Source of the DNA: Octopus sinensis
Lineage: Eukaryota
Length of the DNA stretch: 64,000 nt
Assembly (NCBI RefSeq): GCF_006345805.1
Contig: NC_042998.1
Span: 198,462,001 to 198,526,000, forward strand
Direction of reading: 5' to 3'
Of this stretch, positions 63,541 to 64,000 are shown piece by piece. Within the stretch, counting starts at the first letter, position 1. Each line of letters starts with the position of its first letter. The notes below the pieces were generated by a model, which ran no database searches, was not told the origin of the DNA, and saw only the letters and a program-made list of their open reading frames with translations. Made by a program: the position numbers and the translations under genes.

Positions 63541-63764
63541 CCAAAAGACAGAGATATGGTTTTCTAAGTCGACAGCCATCCTCTTCAATGCTAACACAGC
63601 CAAATATGTCGGATCTTCCGGAAGATACAGTGGAACAGGATATGGATTTAAGTTTTTCATTTTTGGTAACCAATACATCATCCGTTGGTATTTACGAAAT
63701 ACATGAGCTTTTAATCCAAATATTTCTGAGAGAATTATCCCAAACTCCATGTCAGGGATGACAG
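63541..63764 (-). CDS. ECSIT: ECSIT internal exon (upstream exons lie beyond the window end)
   Basis: VIPDMEFGIILSEIFGLKAHVFRKYQRMMYWLPKMKNLNPYPVPLYLPEDPTYLAVLALKRM matches the ECSIT N-domain as recalled (VMP..E..L..IFG....W.P.....NP.PVP..LP.DP..LA...L..M). Acceptor TCTCTAG at 63765; donor GTAAAT at 63540 (phase 0). Confidence 0.9.
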
Positions 63765-64000
63765 CTAGAGAAAATTACAAAAAAAAAAAAAAAAGCCAGA
63801 ATTTAAGAAATTAGGGTCTTAATTCATATAATGTAAAAACTTAAAAAAACAACAACAATTAATGTGTTCACTTCAGGATCTTTCTCAATTTCTGTTGTCT
63901 GGTAAAAGAAATCATTGAATGAAGGTTACCAGTAAAAGAAAAAAAATGTAATGGATGATGCTGATGATGATAATGATAATGATGATGGCAATGGCGCCTA

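Overview
AT-rich, repeat-dense eukaryotic genomic DNA. The SINE families and microsatellite load resemble coleoid cephalopod (Octopus-like) DNA; the species is inferred, not proven. Two protein-coding genes can be rebuilt with consistent splice phases. The first is a complete two-exon PLD6/Zucchini (mitoPLD) on + (33411-33870 joined to 42375-42634, 239 aa). The second is the last three exons of ECSIT on - (63541-63764, 61183-61426, 51196-51476), facing PLD6 tail-to-tail. There is also a probable first coding exon of an unidentified minus-strand gene (17935-18017) below a CpG/CCAAT/E-box promoter-like patch, and one atypical tRNA-Asn(GTT). The rest is SINEs, a decayed RTE LINE in the PLD6 intron, CR1 and mariner relics, piggyBac-, mariner-, Merlin- and Helentron-type non-autonomous elements, microsatellites, a minisatellite and two recent tandem duplications. 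The best unexplained signal is three unrelated type-I hammerhead-ribozyme folds (3632-3726 +, 43726-43808 -, 45316-45391 -) of the Penelope/retrozyme kind, plus degenerate relatives and a set of long fold-back palindromes. All folds and alignments were done by eye; nothing was computed or searched.
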